Below, one piece after another: positions 10,098-18,552 of a stretch of 64,000 nucleotides of DNA. The DNA lies in IMG/VR virus record IMGVR_UViG_3300013132_000043; one strand, given 5' to 3'. The stretch is from an uncultured virus (IMG/VR IMGVR_UViG_3300013132_000043). Its lineage: Duplodnaviria > Heunggongvirae > Uroviricota > Caudoviricetes. Made by a program: the position numbers and the translations under genes. Each line of letters begins with the position of its first letter. The first letter of the stretch is position 1. The notes below the pieces were generated by a model. It saw only the letters and a program-made list of their open reading frames with translations. It was not told the DNA's origin and ran no database searches.

Positions 10098-10688
10098 TTA
10101 TTTTCCAGTCGAACCAAATCCACCTTCCCCTCTTTCACTTGATGAAAGTTCATTAACTTCTGTAAATTTTAATTGTGGATATGGAATTATCATTATCTGC
10201 GCACCTTTATCTCCCACGTTATATTTTTCTGAAGAATCCCCCTTTAACCAATTTGTCTTTTTAAACGTTGCTTGAAGTTCACCCCTATAACCACTATCAA
10301 TTACACCAACACAATTTGTTAACGCTAAATCGTATTTTCTAATTGATGAGCGGGGAAACACCAATCCAACATACCCATTTGGTATTTCTAAAGCAATACC
10401 AAATCCATACGATACGTCGGTTGTTGTTTCTGATATGATACTCGTTATCGTCAAATCCACACCAGCGTCACCATGTTTAGCGTAAGCAGGTATTATGGCG
10501 GTTGGATTAAGTTTCTTTATTTTAATTTCTAGTGGTGCAAAGTTTATTTCGGTTGATACTTCGGTATCTAATGATGACAACAACTTATTTAAATCACCTA
10601 TAACAGATAATTCAGGGTCATCCGACATCAATTCCTTTTCAATTGATTCGAGCTTTTTAATGTAGTCGTCAATTTCTTTTTTATCCAT
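10098..10688 (-). CDS. dut: dUTPase (trimeric) with about 50 aa N-terminal extension
   Basis: GDAGVDL, PRSS, GVIDSGYRGE, AQ and RGEGGFGSTG motifs. Confidence 0.95.
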   Translation of the reverse strand: MDKKEIDDYIKKLESIEKELMSDDPELSVIGDLNKLLSSLDTEVSTEINFAPLEIKIKKLNPTAIIPAYAKHGDAGVDLTITSIISETTTDVSYGFGIALEIPNGYVGLVFPRSSIRKYDLALTNCVGVIDSGYRGELQATFKKTNWLKGDSSEKYNVGDKGAQIMIIPYPQLKFTEVNELSSSERGEGGFGSTGK

Positions 10689-10926
10689 TTTTTTCTTCTA
10701 ATATTAAATTTTTTTCTGATAGTTTATCAGACACCCACTTGTCGAGTGATTTAATTCTATTTTTTAAATCGTCATCGGTGGGTCTTAAACAACATTCAAC
10801 AAATACATCGGTTACCCTTTGTAATTCCTCAACTGTCACTGTTAACCCAACAGAATTAAAATACTCTAATACAAGTTTAATTTGAGATTGTCTGAGAATC
10901 TGAACGTCTTTGCTGTGAAACTGCAT
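10681..10926 (-). CDS. Hypothetical protein
   Basis: 81 aa ORF tightly packed in the operon. Confidence 0.7.
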   Translation of the reverse strand: MQFHSKDVQILRQSQIKLVLEYFNSVGLTVTVEELQRVTDVFVECCLRPTDDDLKNRIKSLDKWVSDKLSEKNLILEEKNG

Positions 10927-10932
10927 AAAAAT

Positions 10933-11163
10933 TTATTTATAATATTCAGGTGTGTTGTTCTTGTCAATGATACATTCAATCGGCATTTTAACAATTGCTA
11001 AACTTTCGCTTCCTCGAGTATCTCCAGCTCTATATTTTGAGACAACAATTGTTGCCTCTTCAACTGATTCTGCGTCAACAATGTACTTAACTTTTTGAAG
11101 TCTTGGGTTTCCGTTGCGGTCGAGTTGTTCTAACTCGTAACCTACTGTTACTAAATAATGCAT
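10933..11163 (-). CDS. DUF4494-like small protein
   Basis: V.YE....NG..R.QKVKYIVDAESVEEA resembles the Bacteroidota DUF4494 pattern (YEK..ENG..KKV.E.YLVDALSFTEAE). Confidence 0.55.
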   Translation of the reverse strand: MHYLVTVGYELEQLDRNGNPRLQKVKYIVDAESVEEATIVVSKYRAGDTRGSESLAIVKMPIECIIDKNNTPEYYK

Positions 11164-11175
11164 GTTTTTTGGTTT

Positions 11176-12396
11176 TTAAATTATTGATTTGAAAAATTCT
11201 GTTCTATTTTTAGAAACATTTTTTAATGAATATCTGTCTTTGACAGTTTCGTAAAGTTTATTTCCTAAGTCTTCAATCATGTTAGGATTGTCGACTAATC
11301 TTTTCATGTGTTGGGACCATTGTTTGTGATTTTTACTCGGGGAAACTAATAAACAATTTCCTTTGTCATTAAACTTGCCACCATATTCTATTGCCCCAAT
11401 TAAATCAAGGGTATATGGTTGGGTTTCACTGGCAATTAATGCTTTTTTATGGAATCCAGCTTCAATCACTTTTAATTGTGATTTATTGGCATTAAATTCA
11501 CTTGGAACTAATGGTGCTAATGAAATATCAAAAAGATTGTAATTTGAAGCGTATTTGCTCACAGGTTGGGTCCATACTCTTCTATATCTTTTATTAGAAG
11601 AATCAAATTCTGTTTCAGTAAAAGTTAAGAGATAGTTTTTATAGTCCTCATCAACAAAACGATATTTGTCAGTAAAAATCTCTTCATACTTATACCATAC
11701 AGTTTCCATTGGTTGTATGGGTCGCGCTCTTTGTTCTTTTGTTATTGGGTTAATTTCAGTTACATTACCTCTTAAATCAAACCCACACAGAACAAATTGA
11801 GTATTATTAGTTTGACCAAGAACAGAAGAAATTCCTGATGACATTAAATCAATATCATGTAAATGCGTTGAGCCACCTAGCCACCCAAATCTTATTTTAT
11901 CTGATTCCGTTGGATTGGGTTGAAATTGAGTTTCATTTGGGTCCACTGCATTTGGAAATACAACTACGTTTTTAATCCCAACTTTTGAACGAATTGACTT
12001 TTCAAAAATTTCAGTAGTACAAGTTACCCAATCAGATAACTTCATCATTTCTATTTTCTTTCTTGGTATTTCGTTTGCTTTAATTTGGTGATACATTGGG
12101 TGTCTATGGTCAACAGCCCAATAGTCATCGGTGTCCATAACAACTTTAATCCCTTGTGATTTTAGTCTGTGAATCCTATCAAGATTTTTTTCATGTGACA
12201 AATGATGAATAAAACTATGGAAAACAACAATATCATAGTTTTTAAAAAATTCATCATTTTCATCGGCATTAAGACTAATGTCGACATGAAATTCATCTGA
12301 GTAATGTTCTGCAATATATTTAAATGGGTCTAATATTCTATATTTACCCACACCAAATTGGTCCGGTGGTATTGCTAATATTCTAATTTTTGACAT
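11176..12396 (-). CDS. Glycosyltransferase, GT-B fold
   Basis: GVGKYRI, MDTDDYW, RFGWLGGSTHLHD and DISLAPL..SEFNANKSQLKVIEAG, a pattern common in phage GT-B enzymes. Confidence 0.85.
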   Translation of the reverse strand: MSKIRILAIPPDQFGVGKYRILDPFKYIAEHYSDEFHVDISLNADENDEFFKNYDIVVFHSFIHHLSHEKNLDRIHRLKSQGIKVVMDTDDYWAVDHRHPMYHQIKANEIPRKKIEMMKLSDWVTCTTEIFEKSIRSKVGIKNVVVFPNAVDPNETQFQPNPTESDKIRFGWLGGSTHLHDIDLMSSGISSVLGQTNNTQFVLCGFDLRGNVTEINPITKEQRARPIQPMETVWYKYEEIFTDKYRFVDEDYKNYLLTFTETEFDSSNKRYRRVWTQPVSKYASNYNLFDISLAPLVPSEFNANKSQLKVIEAGFHKKALIASETQPYTLDLIGAIEYGGKFNDKGNCLLVSPSKNHKQWSQHMKRLVDNPNMIEDLGNKLYETVKDRYSLKNVSKNRTEFFKSII

Positions 12397-12450
12397 TCAA
12401 TATACTTGTATGTCTTAAATGATAAGGAAAAAAATTCAAAAAATCAAATG

Positions 12451-13014
12451 TCACTTGGATTTATTTACTCCAGTAATTTTACCCTTGAATATGGAATCGC
12501 CAACTTTTAAAACTAAATTTTCATTAATTGAAAGTGTCTGTTGGGCGGTTAATAATTGATTTAGCTTCTCATCCAATACTTTACGAACAGTATTCTCAAT
12601 TATGATTGCAATCTCTTTCATATCAACGTTTGATGATGAAGATTTTGATACGGATTGTTTTGGTTTAGATGTTACACCTTCAGCCTCCATTAATTTTTTT
12701 GTCTTGTTGACAAAATCTAAATCAAGTGAATCACTTAAACTAATTTGAGGAATTGGGTTGTCAATCATCGCCTTTTTAATTACGTCTGGTAATTTTGACT
12801 CCATAATCATTTTTGGATTATGTGAATATGTTTTTTGTTTTGGTGATGATTCGACAGCATCAGTAGATTTGATGTCTTCGGGATTTGACCTTAATAGTGT
12901 TTCATTGACGTGACCTCTTTCAAAGTTTCCCCCATCAACCTTATTCATTACTTTTTTGGCTTGAACCAATTTCTGCATTAATCCATTTTCTGATATTACT
13001 CCTTTTCCTGACAT
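12451..13014 (-). CDS. Hypothetical late protein
   Basis: 187 aa ORF with TATTTAT upstream (13034-13040). Confidence 0.7.
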   Translation of the reverse strand: MSGKGVISENGLMQKLVQAKKVMNKVDGGNFERGHVNETLLRSNPEDIKSTDAVESSPKQKTYSHNPKMIMESKLPDVIKKAMIDNPIPQISLSDSLDLDFVNKTKKLMEAEGVTSKPKQSVSKSSSSNVDMKEIAIIIENTVRKVLDEKLNQLLTAQQTLSINENLVLKVGDSIFKGKITGVNKSK

Positions 13015-13043
13015 ATTAATAGTTTTTTAAAATATAAATATTT

Positions 13044-13880
13044 TTAAAAGAACATTAAAGTTCTTATTCTACTTATTGATTCTTGTAATTGTGAAGGAGC
13101 AACGATTATATTATTCTTTTTCAATTCATTATATAACTCAACCTCGGCATCTTTTTCTATTCTTCTACGTGTACCTTCACCCGGATTCGTATTGACACCT
13201 AATTCTCTTTGTCTATTTGACCAATCCTGTAATTTCTTTTTTCTTAGTACGTCAAGTGATTTTGAAAATTCATCGGGGGTAATTTGTTTTTGCCCCTCAA
13301 CATCTTGAATCTTAGTTTTTAATTCATCATAAACTTGACCGGCAAAATTAATTTCAGGTTCAGGTGTTTGAGTCGGTTTGTCGTCTTGTTTTGGTTGTGG
13401 TAATTCTTTTTTAATCTCAGGTTTTTGAGGTGTTGGAGTTGGAGCGGTTGGTCGTTGTGGTTCCACTTGTTTTGGTTTGGGTGATATGCCCCAATCACTT
13501 GTTGCATAGACAGCGGTTAAACTTTTATCTCCACTATCATTTAATCCGGTTCTTTTTGTATCAAAGGTTTCATCCTCATATACTTGAATACCTGACATAT
13601 TGTTTATAATAAACAATCTCCATCCATGTTCACTAAAACCTTTCTTAGATACTGATGGTGGTTGTACCCAACCTCTAACAACAACATTTCCTTTTTTGGT
13701 GACACCTAAAGCAACCAATTCAGCTTTAATTCTTCTACCCGGTAAAACTTCGCCCCTCTTACCATTATAATAAAAAGAAACGGGGTTACGATTTTTAATT
13801 GCACGAATTAATCTATCCCTTTTACTACCAAGGGGTGCTTCCATAAGAAGATTAGATAATATTCGATTAAAATTAATCAT
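13044..13880 (-). CDS. WYL-domain protein with Pro-rich linker
   Basis: AIKNRNPVSFYY....GRR..E...LG....GN..VRGW.......GWRLFIINNM matches the WYL (SH3-like) pattern. It is followed by a P/T/Q-rich linker and a helical C-terminus. Confidence 0.65.
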   Translation of the reverse strand: MINFNRILSNLLMEAPLGSKRDRLIRAIKNRNPVSFYYNGKRGEVLPGRRIKAELVALGVTKKGNVVVRGWVQPPSVSKKGFSEHGWRLFIINNMSGIQVYEDETFDTKRTGLNDSGDKSLTAVYATSDWGISPKPKQVEPQRPTAPTPTPQKPEIKKELPQPKQDDKPTQTPEPEINFAGQVYDELKTKIQDVEGQKQITPDEFSKSLDVLRKKKLQDWSNRQRELGVNTNPGEGTRRRIEKDAEVELYNELKKNNIIVAPSQLQESISRIRTLMFF

Positions 13881-14824
13881 TAAAAATCGGGATACGTGTT
13901 AGAATCTTTGTATCTATTTCTTGCAACAGATACGACTCTTTCATTTATGTCTGTTCTTGTGCCCACAGAATTATTATTTTCACCTCTACCTTTTTCATCA
14001 CCATCAGACATTGCGTTTGGATTTACTGATGAATATTCAAAAGTTTTACCATAAATGTTTCTACCTAATAAATCGATTCTTTGATTTATATCTGTTAAAC
14101 CTCCCACATTATTATTTAATTCTCCTTTACCTTTTTCATCACCCGTAGACAATGCATTTGGGTGGTTAGAATCATACTGAGAAACATTATTATATGTGTT
14201 TCTTGCTAGCAAGGTCGTCCTTTGGTTTATATCTGTTAATCCACCAATGTTATTGTTCAATTCTCCTTTACCTTTTTCATCACCCGTAGACAATGCATTT
14301 GGATGATTTGAATCGTAACCCGTGTTTGGATTATATGTATTTCTTGCAAATGATGAATTTCTTTCGTTTATATCGGTGTTTGAACCAATACTTCCTCCAT
14401 TACTTTCACCTTTTCCCTTTTCATCACCATCTGAAACAGCGTTAGGGTTATTTACACCATATCCAAAATTAGAATTGTATATGTTTCTTGATAGTAATGT
14501 GTTTCTCATATTAATGTCAACAGAACTTCCAATTGCACCTGTATTTTCACCTTTACCCTTTTCATCACCTGTTGATAATGCATTTGGGTGATTTGAATCA
14601 TATCCACCTAATGGATTATATGTGTTTCTTGCAAATGAGGCGTTTCTTTCTATAATGTCTGTTTTGGAACCTACACTACCATTTAGTTCACCCTTTCCCT
14701 TTTCATCACCATCTGAAGTTGCATTCCTACTACTTGAACTATAAATGTCATTAGGATTGTACCCGTTTTTGGCAATGTGAATTTGTCTTTGTTGTTCTGC
14801 GATTATCTCTAATTGAGTTGGCAT
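13880..14824 (-). CDS. Tandem-repeat protein (six units of about 47 aa)
   Basis: Six GDEKG(K/R)GE-containing units, with a 141-nt DNA period (e.g. CACCCGTAGACAATGCATTTGG at 14140 and 14281). Confidence 0.85.
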   Translation of the reverse strand: MPTQLEIIAEQQRQIHIAKNGYNPNDIYSSSSRNATSDGDEKGKGELNGSVGSKTDIIERNASFARNTYNPLGGYDSNHPNALSTGDEKGKGENTGAIGSSVDINMRNTLLSRNIYNSNFGYGVNNPNAVSDGDEKGKGESNGGSIGSNTDINERNSSFARNTYNPNTGYDSNHPNALSTGDEKGKGELNNNIGGLTDINQRTTLLARNTYNNVSQYDSNHPNALSTGDEKGKGELNNNVGGLTDINQRIDLLGRNIYGKTFEYSSVNPNAMSDGDEKGRGENNNSVGTRTDINERVVSVARNRYKDSNTYPDF

Positions 14825-14825
14825 A

Positions 14826-15323
14826 TTAATAAGATATTAATTTCTTTATTTTTTCAAGTTCTTCAAATAAACCCAACGATGTTATTGGTGATATACTTGT
14901 TTTATGTGAATTACTTTTAACAAGATTTGTTGGTATTTTAAAACTAAATTTTTTTGAGTGGGATTTTAAATGACTATTTTTTCTCTCTCCCGTTAATCCC
15001 GACATTTCATCAGCATTTTTTCTCGACTCTTTGTTTCCTTTGATTAAGTCTCTTTCACCTTGTAAATGAGTCATCGCCCATTTTTCCATCAACTCACCAC
15101 CACATAAATTATATTTTACTTGGTCTTTTGTTTTATCAAAATTTTGAATATCATGGATAATCCTTTTTAACTGACCATACTTTACAGATTTATCTTGTAA
15201 AAGTTTTTTTGCTCTTTGAATTCCACGCACATTCTGACCATTTAAACCATAAACTGTTTGGTTTATTTTATCCAAAATATCTTGGGGTACATTAAAAACT
15301 CTACCTTTTAAATCTTTATTCAT
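14826..15323 (-). CDS. Hypothetical phage protein
   Basis: 165 aa. GIQRAKKL...LKRI...YNLCGG....KWA resembles a recurrent small phage domain. C-terminus LFEELEKIKKLI. Confidence 0.7.
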   Translation of the reverse strand: MNKDLKGRVFNVPQDILDKINQTVYGLNGQNVRGIQRAKKLLQDKSVKYGQLKRIIHDIQNFDKTKDQVKYNLCGGELMEKWAMTHLQGERDLIKGNKESRKNADEMSGLTGERKNSHLKSHSKKFSFKIPTNLVKSNSHKTSISPITSLGLFEELEKIKKLISY

Positions 15324-16059
15324 CGTCTTTGTCTAAAAGTTTTAGAACATCTTTTACTGAAAGATTATTCTTTACTAATGTGTTTTTAAGTGCTTCGATT
15401 TGTTTTTTTACAATCGGGTTAAGTTCTTTATCAACATCTTCCATTTGGTCTTTATTTACCAAATCTCCGTTTTTTGATTTTTTCATTAAAACACTTTCCA
15501 CATAATCTTGAATATACTTTTTGGGGTTTTCAATTAATCTAACTTTGTCCCCCTCTAGTTTCTCGTCATATCCATAGGATGAAAGTCTTTCATCAGTTTC
15601 AGGTTCACTCATCCCTAATTCTTTTTCAAAATAATCTTCAGCATCTTCTTTATCTGCATCTTGACCTAATGTTTTTTCATAACCCAAAGCTTTACTCATG
15701 TCCGCTTCAGCCCAATATCTTAAAGAAGTGTGAGTACCATGTACGCCATGTATACCCATAGACCCGCCACCGGTTTTTACCACTTGGTCTGTAGTCTTTT
15801 TGGTATTACCCTTACTATCTTTACTTACAGGTACTTTTTTTCTTGAAATATTACCTTTTTCATCCACAATCTCATCAATCTCCTTTTCTTTGGCCTCATC
15901 AGGTATTTTATCAAAATCGGTTTTACTTGAGAATTCCTTAGCCCACTTGGCCCATTTTTTACCTTTTTTACCACCCTTGGCGGCTTGAGCGTAGAAAAAC
16001 CTTTGTTGTTTTTTTGACGCAAAGGTCTCTTCAATAATATTTTTTATGTATTTATCCAT
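15316..16059 (-). CDS. Hypothetical highly charged late protein
   Basis: 247 aa with N-terminal FASKKQQRFFYA...WAKEF. TATTTAT at 16077-16083 (minus strand). Confidence 0.7.
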   Translation of the reverse strand: MDKYIKNIIEETFASKKQQRFFYAQAAKGGKKGKKWAKWAKEFSSKTDFDKIPDEAKEKEIDEIVDEKGNISRKKVPVSKDSKGNTKKTTDQVVKTGGGSMGIHGVHGTHTSLRYWAEADMSKALGYEKTLGQDADKEDAEDYFEKELGMSEPETDERLSSYGYDEKLEGDKVRLIENPKKYIQDYVESVLMKKSKNGDLVNKDQMEDVDKELNPIVKKQIEALKNTLVKNNLSVKDVLKLLDKDDE

Positions 16060-16114
16060 TTAATACCATTTTTTATATAAATATCAAAATAAGGGAAAGA
16101 TATTTATTAATAAC

Positions 16115-18085
16115 ATGAACAGTGAGAATATACTTAAATTTATAGGGTCGAAGTTCGACCTAAAGCTAGATTCGTCAGAATTTTACGATTATGAGGTTGG
16201 TAAAACCGAAACAGACTACGATGAAGATGTTTTGGATTTTAATGCCCCGATAGTGTATGACTCATTAAAAATCAATACTACTGGACTTGTGGGGTTATCG
16301 TGTTCCAAAGCAACCATTATTTTACATGAAATAGATAATAGGGTAAACGACCCAAGTTACCCATATTCGGGATTTACATGGGCGTTACCATTTGTAACGT
16401 TTCACACTCACATGAACAACTTTGATACCATTTTGGACAATGATGTTTATGAGTTTATTGATAAAAACGAAAAAAAACACTATTTTAAAATTATAGGTTA
16501 TAATGGACAATCATTAAATCTATATTCTTTAAGTGTTACGGGATTTACAGGGGTAAAACTTGGATGTGTGGATAAGTTGGCCAACGCAAATAATTGTTGT
16601 CCAACAGACCCAATTCTAAATTGTAAACCGTGGGCATATCAATTCAATCATGGTGGCGGAGCAAATAAATGTGAATTTTTATTTGATAGAAGACCCGAAA
16701 AAGGTTGGACAATTGATATGGTATTCAATAGACAAGGTTTAACTTGGTCAAGTGGTGGTGTTTTTTATTATTTTGGAACAAGGGGTGATTCACCTGTATC
16801 AGATTATGCGGATAATAATTTATCTTTTTCATTTTCAACAGATGGGAGAATAGTTTGGAAATCTGTTCATTACTCTGGTAATTGTGGAAATTCAGGTTAT
16901 GAAAGTGGTTATTATACTTTAACAGGTAGTACACCACAACTATGTTTGAGCGGTACTTCACAAGATTTTAATATCACAATAACATTTGATAGATATAGAC
17001 ACTTATCAGATTGTAATGTTGAAAACGATGGTGGTTGGAACGATTTGATTCCGGGTGTTAAAACAATACCATACACCCCACCAACAGGAAGTTCTATCAC
17101 CTCAACTCAAACTACAATCTATACAGAATCAGAAGAATTAAGAAAAAAATGGGCGTTAGAAAGACATAGAAGATTGGGAGTTTTGAAGATTTATCTTAAT
17201 GGCCGGCCAATTTACAAATATGAAAATTTTGAAGAAATAGTACCATCAGAAAGAGGTGTTCAACCATTTATCCAATCTTGGGGTGGGGGTAGTCTTTATG
17301 GTGGAGGTGTGCACATTGGTGTGTGTTGTTTTGATATAAAGAGAGTAAAATACTTTCAAGAACCTTTAAATTTTGTACATGTAAGACATCATCACATAAC
17401 ACAAATAAGACCAAGTTATACAATTGTTGATTGTGTTGCAGGATGCTCTGACACGGTTACAGGTGTTGTATTAACACCTACTCCAACTCCAACACCAACG
17501 AGAACCGTTACCCCTACACCATCGGTAACTCCGGGTTTAACTGTTACACCAACCCCAACATTAACAAGGACCCCAACACTTACATCTACACCAACACTAA
17601 CCGCTAGTACAACAATTACTAGTACCCCTACAATAACACCAACAAGAACATCAACACCAACAGTCACTAGTACCCCAACCGCAACGCCAACAGTAACCCC
17701 CACAATAACTCCAACAACAACAACACCGACTCCAACGCCAACAGTTAGTGAAACCGGAAATGTAACACCAACACCATCGACTACGCCATCTCTTACTGCA
17801 ACATCTGAGACACCTACTCCAACACCAACACAACCTTGTTTTTGTGAAGAAAACGAAATAACAGTTACTTCTGGTACAGTAGCGGAATGGGATTATATTG
17901 ATTGTGATGGAATAACAATTACCGGAGATACTATAACTGCAGGTAATTCAGTCACAGTTTGCGCATGTTCTGGTTCAGTCAATGTAATATCATATTCTGG
18001 TAGTTTTTCCATTAACTTTGGTGCTCAGTGCTTGACTGCGACTCCTACTCCTACTCCAACACCAACGGAAACACCAACAGTGTAA
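16115..18085 (+). CDS. Virion structural protein with beta-sandwich (lectin/LamG-like) region, mucin-like Thr-Pro linker and Cys-rich tip
   Basis: GWTIDMVF...NNLSF....DGRI...LKIYLNGRP resembles ConA/LamG folds. It has about 120 aa of TPTPT repeats and TATTTAT upstream. Confidence 0.6.
   Translation: MNSENILKFIGSKFDLKLDSSEFYDYEVGKTETDYDEDVLDFNAPIVYDSLKINTTGLVGLSCSKATIILHEIDNRVNDPSYPYSGFTWALPFVTFHTHMNNFDTILDNDVYEFIDKNEKKHYFKIIGYNGQSLNLYSLSVTGFTGVKLGCVDKLANANNCCPTDPILNCKPWAYQFNHGGGANKCEFLFDRRPEKGWTIDMVFNRQGLTWSSGGVFYYFGTRGDSPVSDYADNNLSFSFSTDGRIVWKSVHYSGNCGNSGYESGYYTLTGSTPQLCLSGTSQDFNITITFDRYRHLSDCNVENDGGWNDLIPGVKTIPYTPPTGSSITSTQTTIYTESEELRKKWALERHRRLGVLKIYLNGRPIYKYENFEEIVPSERGVQPFIQSWGGGSLYGGGVHIGVCCFDIKRVKYFQEPLNFVHVRHHHITQIRPSYTIVDCVAGCSDTVTGVVLTPTPTPTPTRTVTPTPSVTPGLTVTPTPTLTRTPTLTSTPTLTASTTITSTPTITPTRTSTPTVTSTPTATPTVTPTITPTTTTPTPTPTVSETGNVTPTPSTTPSLTATSETPTPTPTQPCFCEENEITVTSGTVAEWDYIDCDGITITGDTITAGNSVTVCACSGSVNVISYSGSFSINFGAQCLTATPTPTPTPTETPTV
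17473..17835 (+). repeat. Low-complexity Thr-Pro coding repeat (ACN CCN)
   Basis: Encodes [20 protein letters not shown]... with degenerate third positions. A second short tract lies at about 18035-18080. Confidence 0.9.
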
Positions 18086-18097
18086 TATTTATAGAAT

Positions 18098-18466
18098 ATG
18101 GAATTCTTTATAAGACAGGGAGCAAGTGACCCGATTTTAAAAATGAGAATGATTGATGATGGCAAAAACGACAAATCATCTTTTAATGATTTATTAGAAA
18201 ACGCCAACATTACTTTTGATATGTTTAAGATTGAAGATGGCGAACCCGAGATACTAAGTTCTACTTGTTATATAACAACAAGAGACAAAAAGTATAATCA
18301 AACAACAGATGAGTACTATATAACTCACAGATTTAAAGAATCTCAAACCGCAAATATGGGTAAATACGAGGGTAAGATTACAGTTCAGTTTTTAGACACT
18401 AATTTAAATCCCACAACAAAGCTCATTCTTCCTGTCAAGGAGAAATTGTTCATCACCATATTTTGA
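18098..18466 (+). CDS. BppU-like Ig-fold baseplate/fibre adaptor protein
   Basis: F.IRQG...PIL...A.ITF.M...Y.F...T...G.YEG...V.F.....L.LP....L.I.I pattern. TATTTAT 5 nt upstream. Confidence 0.55.
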   Translation: MEFFIRQGASDPILKMRMIDDGKNDKSSFNDLLENANITFDMFKIEDGEPEILSSTCYITTRDKKYNQTTDEYYITHRFKESQTANMGKYEGKITVQFLDTNLNPTTKLILPVKEKLFITIF

Positions 18467-18492
18467 TTTTTTATGAAAATTTTGTATATTTG
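18462..18492 (+). promoter_or_regulatory. Bacteroidota housekeeping-sigma promoter for the DNA polymerase gene
   Basis: TTTG (18462-65), 19-nt spacer, TATATTTG (18485-92): an exact -33/-7 consensus TTTG-N19-21-TAnnTTTG. Confidence 0.75.
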
Positions 18493-18552
18493 ATAGTAAG
18501 ACAAACTATACCAAGTGGTGTATGATAATGTGTCAAACTAAAAAAATATCAA

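Noticed and set aside
6614..12396. Glycosyltransferases as T4-like DNA glucosyltransferases
   Set aside because: No hydroxymethylase or base-modification genes lie nearby in this window and GATC is avoided. Disfavoured but not excluded, since the rest of the genome is unseen.
13921..14760. Periodic direct repeats that could suggest a CRISPR array
   Set aside because: The period is 141 nt, in frame, degenerate at third positions and has no unique spacers, so it is a coding repeat. No cas genes are present.
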